A stretch of DNA of 45,357 bases from Phoronis australis (lineage: Eukaryota > Animalia > Phoronida). A program made the position numbers and the translations under genes. Shown here one piece after another: positions 24,086-36,597 of the stretch (positions are counted from its first letter, which is position 1; every line of letters starts with the position of its first letter). The notes below the pieces were generated by a model, which had not been told where the DNA came from, made no database searches, and saw only the letters and a list, made by a program, of their open reading frames with translations. The stretch is taken from positions 1,073,761 through 1,119,117 of the forward strand of contig NMRA01000038.1 of assembly GCA_002633005.1 (NCBI GenBank). The letters run 5' to 3'.

Positions 24086-24307
24086 TCAAAAGGTTCTCCA
24101 TTAGTTGCCCGTGGCTCGTNNNNNNNNNNNNNNNNNNNNNNNNNNNNNNNNNNNNNNNNNNNNNNNNNNNNNNNNNNNNNNNNNNNNNNNNNNNNNNNNN
24201 NNNNNNNNNNNNNNNNNNNNNNNNNNNNNNNNNNNNNNNNNNNNNNNNNNNNNNNNNNNNNNNNNNNNNNNNNNNNNNNNNNNNNNNNNNNNNNNNNNNN
24301 NNNCATC

Positions 24308-24666
24308 CTTAAAGTGCTTATAAACCTTTGTTCCATCAAAGAAAAATAGTTTCTTAATATTTAGACCACTTATCGCTAATTAAATTGGTCTCCGTTTGGT
24401 CCTGGCTCACATGAGAAGTGATTTTTGGTTTTGTGAAGAACTGGCAGTTCATTAAAGCTCAAGACCATGCACAACAAATAAATGACACATGGTGACACGT
24501 CAACTTGTAGAGGCTAGTCTGGAGCAATAACGAGTCGTCAGTACTTCCCAAGTGAAGAAATCATGTGTATTTTTACTAATAAAGGAACAATCTGAAACCA
24601 AAAGTGAGTAATATAAATCAAAATTTGTTTTTTGACACAAAAAGTTAAGTTTATAGCCACTTCAAA
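24308..24666. mobile_element. TTAA-flanked (Kolobok-like) MITE; related copy at ~25875-26238
   Basis: Ends TTAAAGTGCTTATAAAC and GTTTATAGCCACTTCAA. Shares GAGAAGTGxTTTxTGG and CAACTTGTAGAGxCxAGTCT with the second copy. Confidence 0.55.
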
Positions 24667-25071
24667 TTATTCAGAGATGTTTACTCTCCAAAGCGTTCTC
24701 ATTCTAGTGATGATCGAGAAATAGAGATCACCGAGCTTTACTCAATTCACTTCAAGATGTATGCATTTATGTGCATTTAAACTTGGATCTTAGTTCTAGA
24801 TTGCCGCAAGGGGTTTCAAAAGAAAAATATGGGTGACACCCTTAAAAATGACATGCTGACATAATTTTTGATTGTGTTCATGAAGGGCTCTTTGGGCCCA
24901 TTTAAACGGCTGGCTTATGGACTGGTTTCTCAGCCAGTATTTGGACGCGCAATACCATAACAAAAGGGTAACCTCAGCAATAACTTGAATTATAAAAATT
25001 TAACAGAGTGCACGAGGATTATGAGCTGCAAAGAAAAGTAAATCTTAAACTGACGTGGAAATAGAGATTAT

Positions 25072-25273
25072 AAACATTTTTAAGTCTGGTCTGCATGCCA
25101 CCTGTTGGCCACATCGTGTGACTCGTTCGCGACTCGAACCAGAGACCTTCTGGAATATCTCCTCGCTTAGAAGAAGGTCCCAGGTTTGATTCCTGGTCGG
25201 GGCAGAAAACATTTCAGCCTTATATTCTTAAGGTGGTCAACAGGTGACCTGCAGACCAGACTTCAAAATGTTT
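25072..25273. mobile_element. Two head-to-head fragments of a tRNA-derived SINE forming a hairpin
   Basis: B-box-like GGTTCGAGTC (minus, ~25131-25140) and GGTTTGATTCC (plus, ~25183). The outer arms AAGTCTGGTCTGCA...CACCTGTTG and CAACAGGTG..TGCAGACCAGACTT are inverted. Confidence 0.6.
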
Positions 25274-25345
25274 GTGAAAGTAGTTCAGAGTAATTCAATT
25301 GGTGTGCAGCAGTATTCACATGCAAATGGCCAACAAAGCTCTAAC

Positions 25346-25503
25346 CTGGAGGAACTTCGGAAGAACCTCTGTAGGAAGAAGTAAACGACTGAGATGACAA
25401 TGAGTGCCACCAGAGAGATGGGTGTGGCTACAAGGTTGACGACAGCAGCTGACAACAAACTAAAGAGTATCTGGGCAAATGGCAAGCACGTGGTCGGCAG
25501 ACG
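25346..25503 (-). CDS. ABCC9: ABCC exon, TMD2 (RLPTTCLPF...YFFLQRFFRSSS)
   Basis: 158 nt, phase 0 to 2. Confidence 0.92.
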
Positions 25504-26825
25504 CTGTAAACAGACCGACAATGTGTTAATGAACGAACATTTTGTAAGCAGACGTTCCTCCAACTGAGATCATTTCAAAAGCATGGAACAAAAGGAGTTC
25601 AAGGACAAAGATTTCTGTCAGACAAACAACAGCTGAATTTAATGACAAATGTTTTGTAATTCAAAATATTTAGTAAGCAGACGTATCATGATTAATTAAA
25701 GGACAAACATTCTGGAAACAAATGTGCCATATCCGAATAACATTTTGTAAGCAACTAGACCTAAGACTACTTCAAGGACAAACATTTTGTAAGCACATGG
25801 GCTATGACTTTGAGTTGAGACGTGCTATTGCTGAGTTTAACACAGATTTTGTGAGCAGACACAATATGGTTCACTTTGAAGTAACTATTACCCCGCGTTT
25901 TGAAAAGAAGCAAACTTTTGGCTAGACCACCATAACTTGTTCCTTACTCAGATAGAGAAGTGGTTTCTGGCTTTGCAGACTTGACAGTTCGTTGTTCCTC
26001 GAAACCACACTCAGCGCATCAAATGATCTGCCATGACAAACCAACTTGTAGAGCCAAGTCTAAATCAATGATGAACCAACCGTGTGTTCTTTCAAAGCCT
26101 TGATATCACCTCCAATTTGACTGAGGATCAACTGGAGACCAATTTCATATTGGCAAGTGGTCTACCAATTTTAAAATATTAAGTCGTCCAACTCAAAAGT
26201 TAACTTTTGTGATTGAAGGCAGGTTTATAACCGCTTAAAGTAGTATCTAATCCCACTAAGTGCAACATGGCTAAAATCAAAGATGGGAAAACAAGCGGAG
26301 GTTACCAGTGTTTGTTGAGGTCACAAGAAGAGCATTCAGTGCCAGTTGATTACACAGACTTGTCAGCGATTCCATTCATTGTGTAGAGAACATACTCTCG
26401 TTATTTAGTGAGAAAAAATGCAGAGCACTAAATGTTATTTGCATGATAAACTGTAAAAGTGAAGTTATCATGGAAACATGGAAATGTTTTCGTGAAAAAA
26501 GTGAGGCGCAGTTTTGGTTATTGAAGCACTACATAACAAGAAGGCTTTTTCTAAAGTTAGCAGCCTATGTCTGGATGTGAAAGAATATAAAAAGGCAATT
26601 AATTACCAACACATTATATCGGTTTTTAACAGAATAAGGAGCCAAAGTTAGAACATGGAACCAAAGTTATAGCGTGGATTTTGTTTAAGTTCATTAAAAT
26701 TTGTTCAGCACACGAATATAAAATTTCAAATTTACTTAAATTTTAACGTTTAAAAGCAACTTGACTTTGAGACTTTCGGGACTTAAAATTTGAGGAATTA
26801 TGTTATCTTGCCTCGCCTATAAAGT

Positions 26826-27208
26826 ATGTTACCTCATCAATAGTGTGTGTTACCTCATCAATACGGTATGTTACCTCATTAATAGCACAGGTAACCTCAT
26901 TAAGTGTGTGTTACCTCATCAATAGTGTATGTTAGTTACCTTATCAATAGTGTGCGTTACATACATATGTAAATCTTGCACGGTTAGCAGAAGATCTTGG
27001 GTTCGAGTCCTGGTCGGGGCAGAAATATTTTTGGACCTATGTTCATTAGGTCACCTGGTGTGGCCAACAGGTGGCGTGCAGACCAGACTTAAAATATTTG
27101 TAGTGTGCGTGAAGTCCTCAATAATGTGTGTTACTGCATCAATAGTGTGTGTTACATTATCAATAGTGTATGTTACCTTGTCACTAATATATGTTACCTC
27201 ATCAATAG
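26826..27208 (-). repeat. 21-bp minisatellite derived from the exon end plus splice donor (ACTATTGATGAG|GTAACACAC), about 12 units, split by a SINE
   Basis: GTTAC recurs on + at 26828, 26849, 26870, 26910, 26935, 26956, 27130, 27151, 27172 and 27193. Confidence 0.9.
26975..27103 (+). mobile_element. tRNA-derived SINE fragment
   Basis: GGGTTCGAGTCCTGGTCGGGGCAG B-box and tail TGGCCAACAGGTGGCGTGCAGACCAGACTT, shared with 25072-25273. Confidence 0.65.
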
Positions 27209-27267
27209 TATTTACGTCTGATGAAAATCGGTTGAGGATCCGTCCCACTGGCGTGGTCTCAAAGAAC
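27198..27267 (-). CDS. ABCC9: ABCC exon ([23 protein letters not shown])
   Basis: Hallmark ABCC TMD2 motif, 70 nt. Confidence 0.95.
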
Positions 27268-28204
27268 CTAGTAAAGAAAAGCTGTATTGCGTTAGTCAAA
27301 GCCAAAAAAAGTCTTCGCTTAAAAATGTGAGACGATGCAAGGAGGAAGCCTTTTGCCTTTAGCCATGCAGCAGGCATGCGTAACAAATACACACAAGTAC
27401 ATGGCAAGGCTGAGAGTAAGTTGTGTCAAGGCCAAAAATAGCATAATTGTTCTGGTCTACCCCGACCCAATTTGAAACCTGTACCTCACCTGTACCTCAA
27501 AGTTGGCAGGACATAGTACCCTGAAAAAGGACCCTGAACCAATTCGGATTGCATCAGGTGACACTGGGGTCACTGGATCCTGATCCATTTTAATTAGCAT
27601 CAAGTGAAGAATCCCGGCCTGTTTCAGTAGGCATCAGGTAACACTGTGGGTAGAAAAGAATGATCCTGATCCATTTCAACTAGCACTGAGTGAAAAGTTC
27701 CCACGCTTTTCAGCTGTCATCGACTGCATTTCTCAAAGGAAAAACATGGACAACTAGAAAAACTGCATCATCTCAATTTTCAGACACAGGCGAGAACAAA
27801 TAACTGATTCAAAAGAAGTAGCATATAAGAAATACAGCCAATGGCAAAATACACAGCTACAAATTAACAGCTTGTCTGACACATATGGCAGTATAACTAC
27901 CAAACAAGTGCTTGGATCGATTTCAGAATAGTACATGAATTGCCAAAATACGCATTTCATAAGTGAGAAATATGTTCGTAATGACCGTGGCTACAATAAT
28001 GACAGTCATATATTTGTTATCTAAAATTGTGGCACATCGCCCAGAGGCAGTTGTTTAATAATGCTGTCCACATCAATCCATCAAAAAGTCGAGCTTATTG
28101 AAAGAAATCACTGATGCTGATTTTTGCGATACTGAAATAGACAACAAAGCAAACAGAAATAGTAAGAAGAAACTGCCGATTGTTATTTTGTGTTCCAAAT
28201 TTAC

Positions 28205-28918
28205 CTTAGTGGTGCAAGAGTAACATTAGCCAACAGATTATCGTGTAAGGTCTGAGCCGCTTTGAAACACGCCATCGTGATCAACATCACCCCAGAGAGA
28301 GCCACCACCAATGCTGCGGCTGACAGTGCCGAAAATCCACCAACGAAATAAATCACGTGTCTTCTCGTGGCGTTAGCCAACTGGGCCTCAGACTGCGAAG
28401 ACCAGGTCGATATCCAAAAGTCTTTGCCAGTCAGTAAGGCATGTTGGGCGAACTTTGCGAATAGCGCAGCGCAGAACAATCCAATTGTGCACGCCCGAAT
28501 ATACGCCAGGTAAACCTGCTTGGAAATGTGGCCAGTATTACGCTCCTCTTCAGTCAACAGTTTACCTTTGCCTAACTTGTTATTGGAACTTGACACACTG
28601 TCACGGACGTCCAGACCCGAATGAATTTGTGGCAGGCTTTCTACTGACATGGCTGCTTGACTAGCCAAATTACTGCATGAGACGCGAATGAATTCTTCCT
28701 CAGGATTGCGGTTTTTCTTCGACCCAACATCCCTGAGTGGGTAGTCATGATGAGGTCTACTGTCAGCAGCCAACAATGCTTCCTGCTCCCGTTGGCAAAC
28801 TAATGGATTTTCCCTGCTCACACCTTTGTCCATAGTATTCTGCCTACTGGTTTGGGAAGCAGAGTTTACCAAAGACAGACTACCGGTTATGGAGGAATCT
28901 TTCACTTTTGTTTTTGAA
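28205..28918 (-). CDS. ABCC9: ABCC exon: Ser-rich linker and first TMD2 helices
   Basis: Contains KLLTEEERNTGHISKQVYLAYI, DFWISTWS and AAQTLHDNLLANVTLAPL; 714 nt, phase 2 to 2. Confidence 0.93.
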
Positions 28919-29418
28919 CTGCAACAAAATAAGAAATGATCTAACTGTATATTATTGCACATCCTACTTAATCCGTTAGCAAGACTCACAGAAAGTATTC
29001 ACAAAGTAGGCCTACACACATCTTTCCCTTCCCCATTTAGGACATCAAAGAAGGTTTTTACAACATTAGCAATTTTGTTAATTTCAATAATACAGTCACA
29101 TTTATGTGTTTCCAGACAAAAAATTTCAAAAGTTTAAAGTGCACATAATAACACGCTTGTCTGTCACATTCTGGTGACCACCAAAATTTCAAAGGCCAAA
29201 TTTCTTCATCAAATTTTGTTAATACATTTTAAAAAATTGATGCGATGTTGGAAAAGCATTCCTTGTAAAATCTAAATCAGTTTTTGTATTAAAATTTTAC
29301 TACGGGATGTTTTAAACCAAGACAAAATGCACAGAGTCTTTATATGTTTCCATAATCTTGTTGAGAGACCAGGGGCAAGTGTAGACAACAAGCATCATGT
29401 TTGTATTTGATGACTTAC

Positions 29419-29528
29419 CTTTCATTACCGTCGCCAGCAGCTAATGAAGTTTGGAAGTCTGGCAGAACCCTCTCCAACTGTTCAAAAGTCCCCCGACATG
29501 TGATACGACCGTGAGACATGAAAATTAT
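29419..29528 (-). CDS. ABCC9: ABCC exon, end of NBD1 (IIFMSHGRITCRGTFEQL...)
   Basis: IIxMxxGxIxxxGTxxEL-type motif, cttccAG/GTAAGT boundaries, 110 nt, phase 0 to 2. Confidence 0.9.
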
Positions 29529-30661
29529 CTGGAAGAAATAATTTCATACAACATAAAAACATCAGTTTGAAAGGCACACAGCACAATTCACAAGTTATCA
29601 TCGCAATTTTGCCATTAACAAAGAAGGGCAATGGATATTTTTGATATTTAATTTTTGCCCAAACAACCATATGTAAAATCACGAAAGAAACGTAACAGGG
29701 AAATATCATGAATAATGTTATCCATCATATACATGATATATTATGGATAACATTATATATCATGTATAATGTTATCCATAATGATGAAAATCGGTTGCAG
29801 CCAAAATCTGGTCTAAAACCAAATGAATACCATTTTTCATTCACTGTTTATTTATTTTAGTTAATAGTAGACAATAAAATCATTAATACATAACAGTAAA
29901 CTTAAAATACAATGAGTTGGGTACTATCGTTATCCAATACCATTACAACAGAAAATTTATACCGAGTGGTGATAATTTTCTTCAATTACATTCAGTAGAT
30001 CTATAAATTTATTGAATTTTGCCAAAATGAACCAAGAAGATTTTCCTTTACAAGGCAGAGAGGCAAACGACTTAGTTGTTGGGTTTCATTAACCTCGCGA
30101 GCAAGAATTCTTATAGTAAGCATGTGAGACGAGTTTATCTTGGATTGAGAAGAGATCTTGATGATTTATTGAGCACCGGCCAGCACAGACAACAGCTATG
30201 TGCCTCAAAAGCATTGTGAACGTCTGCGCCAAAATGAAACACGAGAGTTTTGCCTCATGAAGTAGTGAGGTGAGTATCTCAGTGAATAAGCACCAATCCT
30301 CATAGCATGTAGGTGAGGTGAGATAAGTGCATAGCCAATTACTTTTGCTAGCCAATGACAATTAATGATTGCATCACTCGACAACAACAAATCTCTCACG
30401 ATTGCCCATTGTTAGCGTATCTACTAAGTTTACACTGATTACCATCATGCAGTTTACAGGTTAGTGAGCCATTTGCTTCGCTGCTTGCAGCCAGCAATGA
30501 CTTGAGGTAACTGCCATTTGAGGCACAGAGTTGAGCTTGTAGATTTCCATTTGCGCTGGGCCTTAACAGCATTTAGCAGACTATGGCTTGAGAAGTGATT
30601 CCAAATAAGCGCCTTAGATGAGATTTAGCCAACCCTGCCTGAGAAAAGCTAGGTAACTCAC

Positions 30662-30799
30662 CTGATCAGCATGTGACATGAACTGGACATGATGAGTGAC
30701 CAGAACAACTGTGCGGCCACGATCATTCAAGAGGCTCATAATTCCGTCGTGGAAGACCTGGTGTCCTACGTGTACATCCAGTGCCGAGAAAGGCTCGTC
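30662..30799 (-). CDS. ABCC9: ABCC 138-nt Walker B exon, copy B
   Basis: Same peptide as 35034-35171; CCT TTC versus CCC TTT synonymous changes. Confidence 0.75.
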
Positions 30800-30849
30800 C
30801 TGCCAGACATAAATAACACAGATATTTTCCAACTTAGTTTTGGTGGTAA

Positions 30850-30985
30850 TAGTCACTTACAGGGGTCTGACCTTTTGAGAACAAGTTTTTCCACTGAATA
30901 ATCAAATGGGCATCAAATTGGTTCTCCACTGAATAATGACCATCAAAGTGGTTCTCAAAATTTTGGACCCCTGTAAGTGACTGTA
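30850..30985. mobile_element. Tc1/mariner-type MITE (second copy at ~35222-35357)
   Basis: TIRs AGTCACTTACAGGGGTC and GACCCCTGTAAGTGACT, TA-flanked. Confidence 0.75.
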
Positions 30986-32123
30986 GCTGTTTTCACGCTA
31001 CAAAAACTTCACAATTTTGCATTGTGTAGCTGGCTAAAAACAAAAATTGAATTAAGGGTTTGATTCTCATAAAATCTTTTTCATAACATTTTTTAGAGTG
31101 ATACGATTTTATTTCCGTTATCAACAAAAACATCAAAGTCAATAGTCATTCAAGAAAAAACGTCAAGAGCTATTGGAGTTAGCCAACTTAGAATGGCAAA
31201 TTCTGAAAATGACGCATGTGCGCATTACCTGTGACCTAAGTTGCTGGCAACAATTCAAGATCGAATAAGCATGGTAATGTTTTTAAACCCCAAAGCAATG
31301 CCGTTAAAAATTCAAGATTGACAGCTAAACAGCAGCAAAATGACACTTTAACACTGCATCTGCAAAGTAGAAATAGTTCCATCACCACAGATACCGTAAG
31401 GCTGCAGTGTTTGTCACACAATATTTCAGTTTTTATGTCGTGGCTCGACACACCACCGAGTGTTGCTGGTCAACAGAAGTATGTGGTAGCTTACTATAGC
31501 ATTCAGTAATGACAATAAGTCAGTAAGAAAAAAGATAGGAATTCATGCACAGGTAAGCGTGTTTGCTTGTTTAGTATGACGTCATTTTGATGTTTTGGAC
31601 CCAGCCAGATAAAATTAAAAAGCCAAAATTAAAGGCAATAATAATAATTAGGCCAGATTTACGTATTGCTGTAAACTACTAAAAGACTTACAAAATTATT
31701 ACTTGGCCATGTACCTGGTCAGTTTTTATACTTTTCAAGGCTCTGGGAACATGCAATGGGTGCAACCACTCTCAAAGCATGATTAATCAAAACACATGAT
31801 TTTGTAAAAACTTCAAGTATTAAATTGCCATCACGGTTACCTAAATCATAAAAAATCCAACACCTGCAAAATCCATGAATACGTGATGTGACTGCAATTC
31901 TATTCCTATTTATGGGTCCAAATCGAGTCTCAATAGTGACAGACACGTCATCCCTAAACATCCAAATAAATATGACTAAACCCTTTAAGATTTTTCATCT
32001 GTTTGGTGACTAACCAAAAAGTTTACACAAATCATTTTCACTTCATAATAACAGTTTTTAGCAATAAAAACATACAAACTGCTGCCTGTGTGTCTTAGTA
32101 AAGCTTCTACTGACTGCACTTAC

Positions 32124-32204
32124 AATAATGACTAGATTAGCATCCGAGTACATAGCTCTGGCCAGGCTGATTCGCTGCTTCTGACCTCCACTCAGTGTTA
32201 TACC
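32124..32204 (-). CDS. ABCC9: ABCC 81-nt signature exon, copy B
   Basis: Same peptide as 36517-36597; GGA/GGG synonymous change. Confidence 0.75.
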
Positions 32205-33201
32205 CTGCCAACAAGACAGAGGTCATTATCACAGGTATCATCAACTGGTGTAGAGAAACGGAGACAACACAAAACTGAACAAGAAGACCAGACTAATCAT
32301 TCTTTACTACACAGTATTCATCTATTTAGCACACACACGGACAAGGGGAATTTCATTTCGTAAAATTTCTTAGCAAAAGCAAAACTTTATAAGTCTATAT
32401 CAGGGTTGTTTTATTGTGTGTGGACATCATAAACAACATGTTCTGTGGAAATTTCTAATATTTACAACAAGGTAATCAACCTTTGGAAAATAGCCGAAGA
32501 CAATTTGGCAATATTATTTACATGCAAAATAAGTGACACATTACTACGTGATACATTAAAAAATTCAGGACCATCAGTTGAGATGAAATGGCACCACACA
32601 CTTCAAACAATGAAACCAATATACCGCCGTGTACTTAATCACCAGACATGATATATTCAGAATGTCCCTCATCTTCATTAACCTCTGCCACGTACCGAGA
32701 ATTTCCAAAAATAGACCCATGGGCAGATCTTCGGAAAACGACCTTTCAAAAACGTCAAATGCAACTGAATAAACGCCCGGTGTCTTTTCGGAAAAGGGGG
32801 TCATATTTTCTGAAACTGTGTCACTAAAACTGTCTTTCATACTGTGCTAACACAATCAGTTACCAACAAAACCACCCACTATCTCGTTAAATGAAAGTCA
32901 TTTGAGTGAAATCACGAATCCAAAATACAATGTATTGCCAAAATAAACAAAATTTTATACATCAAAACATATTCAGAACAATCCATCAGATTTTCAAGAC
33001 AAGCTAGCAATTACACAAAATATGCCCACTGGCATACTTTTGGGTGGGCTTATTTTTGAAAATTTCTGGTGCTTGTCATTATTGGGTGACTGAGATAAGA
33101 TCATTTGCATGATTCCAAAGATACAACAATGTACCATTTCTCTACCCATTTGGTTCTACAACAACAACTGTTTCACTGTTAAGGTAGGTTACACGTAGTA
33201 C

Positions 33202-33286
33202 CTTCTCTCCAACTTCAGTCTGGTCACCAGACACCAGGAGGTCAAGGTCAGGCTGCAAGGCACATGCTGATAGGACCTCGTCATAC
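33202..33286 (-). CDS. ABCC9: ABCC 85-nt exon, copy B (probable second haplotype)
   Basis: Same peptide as 37649-37733 with one synonymous change. Confidence 0.75.
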
Positions 33287-33827
33287 CTGCAAATAAATAA
33301 ATAATTAAATCCATCCGGAGTTTTTAGTGACCTCTGGAAGTGATACAAGTCCATTGAAGGTTATTCCACACAACCGTTGGTATACATTTATAAAGCTGAG
33401 AATTAAACTTTTCCGTTCACACCACAAAAACCAAGCTTTGAGGAGAGGAACAACTTCATCAACCTAAATTTCGCACACGATATTTCTGAAAGCGTTTGAT
33501 TCCTTAACAAGAAGTTATGTCATTGCACATAGTCACAGACTCTAACCACATGTAAAATATTTGCTATAGAGTGCCAGTTACACAGTATTAGTGAACTACG
33601 TACAAACAGGAGCATATCATTTGTCCAAAAGCTTACTAGTTTGAAGGTCAGGGTCAAGTTAAGGGGCCCTTAAGTTCAAGAGGCCAGTACTATGAAGGCT
33701 CACAGAGCTCTTGGAGCAGTGAATTTGTCAAACAGAATATTTTTGGAATAGGTAATTTCAGAGTAGTGAATGTTCAGAATAGAGTATCTTATTTGCAAGT
33801 AGTGGACTATTTGAGCAAATAGACCGT

Positions 33828-34280
33828 CAGAGTAATGGATCACCAGAGGTAGTCCCCCACAGTATTAGACTGTTGCAGGTCAGAGTAATAGATCACCAGA
33901 GGTAGTCCCCCACAGTATTAGACTGTTGCAGATCAGAGTAATGGATCACCAGAGGTAGTCCCCCACAGTATTAGACTGTTGCAGGTCAGAGTAATAGATC
34001 ACCAGAGGTAGTCCCCCACAGTATTAGACTGTTGCAGATCAGAGTAATGGATCACCAGAGGTAGTCCCCCACAGTATTAGACTGTTGCAGGTCAGAGTAA
34101 TAGATCACCAGAGGTAGTCCCCCACAGTATTAGACTGTTGCAGATCAGAGTAATGGATCACCAGAGGTAGTCCCCCACAGTATTAGACTGTTGCAGGTCA
34201 GAGTAATAGATCACCAGAGGTAGTCCCCCACAGTATTAGACTGTTGCAGATCAGAGTAATGGATCACCAGAGGTAGTCCC
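33828..34280. repeat. 53-bp tandem repeat, about 8.5 copies alternating in a 106-bp dimer and running into a gap
   Basis: GGTAGTC recurs at 33848, 33901, 33954 and onward. Only about 3 copies exist at the homologous site 38340-38498. Confidence 0.95.
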
Positions 34281-35033
34281 NNNNNNNNNNNNNNNNNNNN
34301 NNNNNNNNNNNNNNNNNNNNNNNNNNNNNNNNNNNNNNNNNNNNNNNNNNNNNNNNNNNNNNNNNNNNNNNNNNNNNNNNNNNNNNNNNNNNNNNNNNNN
34401 NNNNNNNNNNNNNNNNNNNNNNNNNNNNNNNNNNNNNNNNNNNNNNNNNNNNNNNNNNNNNNNNNNNNNNNNNNNNNNNNNNNNNNNNNNNNNNNNNNNN
34501 NNNNNNNNNNNNNNNNNNNNNNNNNNNNNNNNNNNNNNNNNNNNNNNNNNNNNNNNNNNNNNNNNNNNNNNNNNNNNNNNNNNNNNNNNNNNNNNNNNNN
34601 NNNNNNNNNNNNNNNAGAGTTTTGCCTCATGAAGTAGTGAGGTGAGTATCTCAGTGAATAAGCACCAATCCTCATAGCATGTAGGTGAGGTGAGATAAGT
34701 GCATAGCCAATTACTTTTGCTAGCCAATGACAATTAATGATTGCATCACTCGACAACAACAAATCTCTCACGATTGCCCATTGTTAGCGTATCTACTAAG
34801 TTTACACTGATTACCATCATGCAGTTTACAGGTTAGTGAGCCATTTGCTTCGCTGCTTGCAGCCAGCAATGACTTGAGGTAACTGCCATTTGAGGCACAG
34901 AGTTGAGCTTGTAGATTTCCATTTGCGCTGGGCCTTAACAGCATTTAGCAGACTATGGCTTGAGAAGTGATTCCAAATAAGCGCCTTAGATGAGATTTAG
35001 CCAACCCTGCCTGAGAAAAGCTAGGTAACTCAC

Positions 35034-35171
35034 CTGATCAGCATGTGACATGAACTGGACATGATGAGTGACCAGAACAACTGTGCGGCCACGATCATTC
35101 AAGAGGCTCATAATTCCGTCGTGGAAGACCTGGTGTCCTACGTGTACATCCAGTGCCGAAAAGGGCTCGTC
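35034..35171 (-). CDS. ABCC9: ABCC exon, NBD1 Walker B/D-loop/H-loop (DEPFSALD...VTHH), copy A
   Basis: 138 nt; duplicated at 30662-30799. Confidence 0.9.
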
Positions 35172-36516
35172 CTGCCAGACATAATTAACACAGATATTTT
35201 CCAACTTAGTTTTGGTGGTAATAGTCACTTACAGGGGTCTGACCTTTTGAGAACAAGTTTTTCCACTGAATAATCAAATGGGCATCAAATTGGTTCTCCA
35301 CTGAATAATGGCCATCAAAGTGGTTCTCAAAATTTTGGACCCCTGTAAGTGACTGTAGCTTTTTTCACGCTACAAAAACTTGGGATCATAAACCTGTTCC
35401 ACATTCACAATTTTGCATTGTGTAGCTGGCTAAAAACAAAAATTGAATTAGGGGTTTGATTCTCATAAAATCTTTTTCATAACATTCTTTAGAGTGATAC
35501 GATTTTATTTCCGTTATCAACAAAACCATCAAAGTCACTAGTCATTCAAGAAAAAACGTCAAGAGCTATTGGAGTTAGCCAACTTAGAATGGCAAATTCT
35601 GAAAATGACGCATGTGTGCATTACCTGTGACCTAAGTTGCTGGCAACAATTCAAGATCGAATAAGCGTGGTAATGTTTTTAAACCCCAAAGCAATGCCGT
35701 TAAAAATTCAAGATTGACAGCTAAACAGCAGCAAAATGCCACTTCAACACTGCATCTGCAAAGTAGAAATAGTTCCATCACCACAGATACCGTAAGGCTG
35801 CAGTGTTTGTCACACAATATTTCAGTTTTTATGTCGTGGCTCTACACACCACCGAGTGTTGCTGGTCAACAGAAGTCTGTGGTAGCTTACTATAGCATTC
35901 AGTAATGACAATAAGTCAGTAAGAAAAAAGACAGGAATTCACACACAGGTAAGCGTGTTTGCTTGTTTAGTATGACGTCATTTTGATGTTTTGGACCTAG
36001 CCAGATAAAATTAAAAAGCCAAAATTAAAAACAATAATACTAATTAGGCCAGATTTACGTATTGCTGTAAACTACTAAAAGACTTAGAAAATTATTACTT
36101 GGCTATGTACCTGGTCAATTCTTATACTTTTCAAGTCTCTGGGAACATGCAATGGGTGCAACCATTGTCAAAGCACGATTAATCAAAACACATGATTTTA
36201 TAAAAACAAGTATTAAATTGCCATCACGGTTACCTAAATCATAAAAAATCCAACACCTGCAAAATCCATGAATACGTGATGTGACTGCATTTCTATTCCT
36301 ATTTATGGGTCCAAATCGAGTCTCAATAGTGACAGACACGTCATCCCTAAACATTCAAATAAATAGGACTAAACCCTTTAAGATTTTTCATCTGTTTGGT
36401 GACTAACCAAAAAGTTTACACAAATCATTTTCACTTCATAATAACAGTTTTTAGCTATAAAAACACACAAACTGATGCCTGTGTGTCTTAGTAAAGCTTC
36501 TACTGACTGCACTTAC

Positions 36517-36597
36517 AATAATGACTAGATTAGCATCCGAGTACATAGCTCTGGCCAGGCTGATTCGCTGCTTCTGACCCCCACTCAGTGTTATACC
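36517..36597 (-). CDS. ABCC9: ABCC exon, NBD1 signature (GITLSGGQKQRISLARAMYS), copy A
   Basis: Contains LSGGQ, 81 nt; duplicated at 32124-32204. Confidence 0.9.

Noticed and set aside
26975-27030. tRNA gene
   Set aside because: Only a B-box-like half with no cloverleaf; it recurs with a shared tail, so it is a SINE.
33828-34280. Regular repeats resembling a CRISPR array (also 20331-20915)
   Set aside because: Head-to-tail units with no unique spacers, in a eukaryotic intron with no cas genes.
34211-34771. ORFs spanning N runs (also 24019-24339)
   Set aside because: They are artefacts of translating through assembly gaps.
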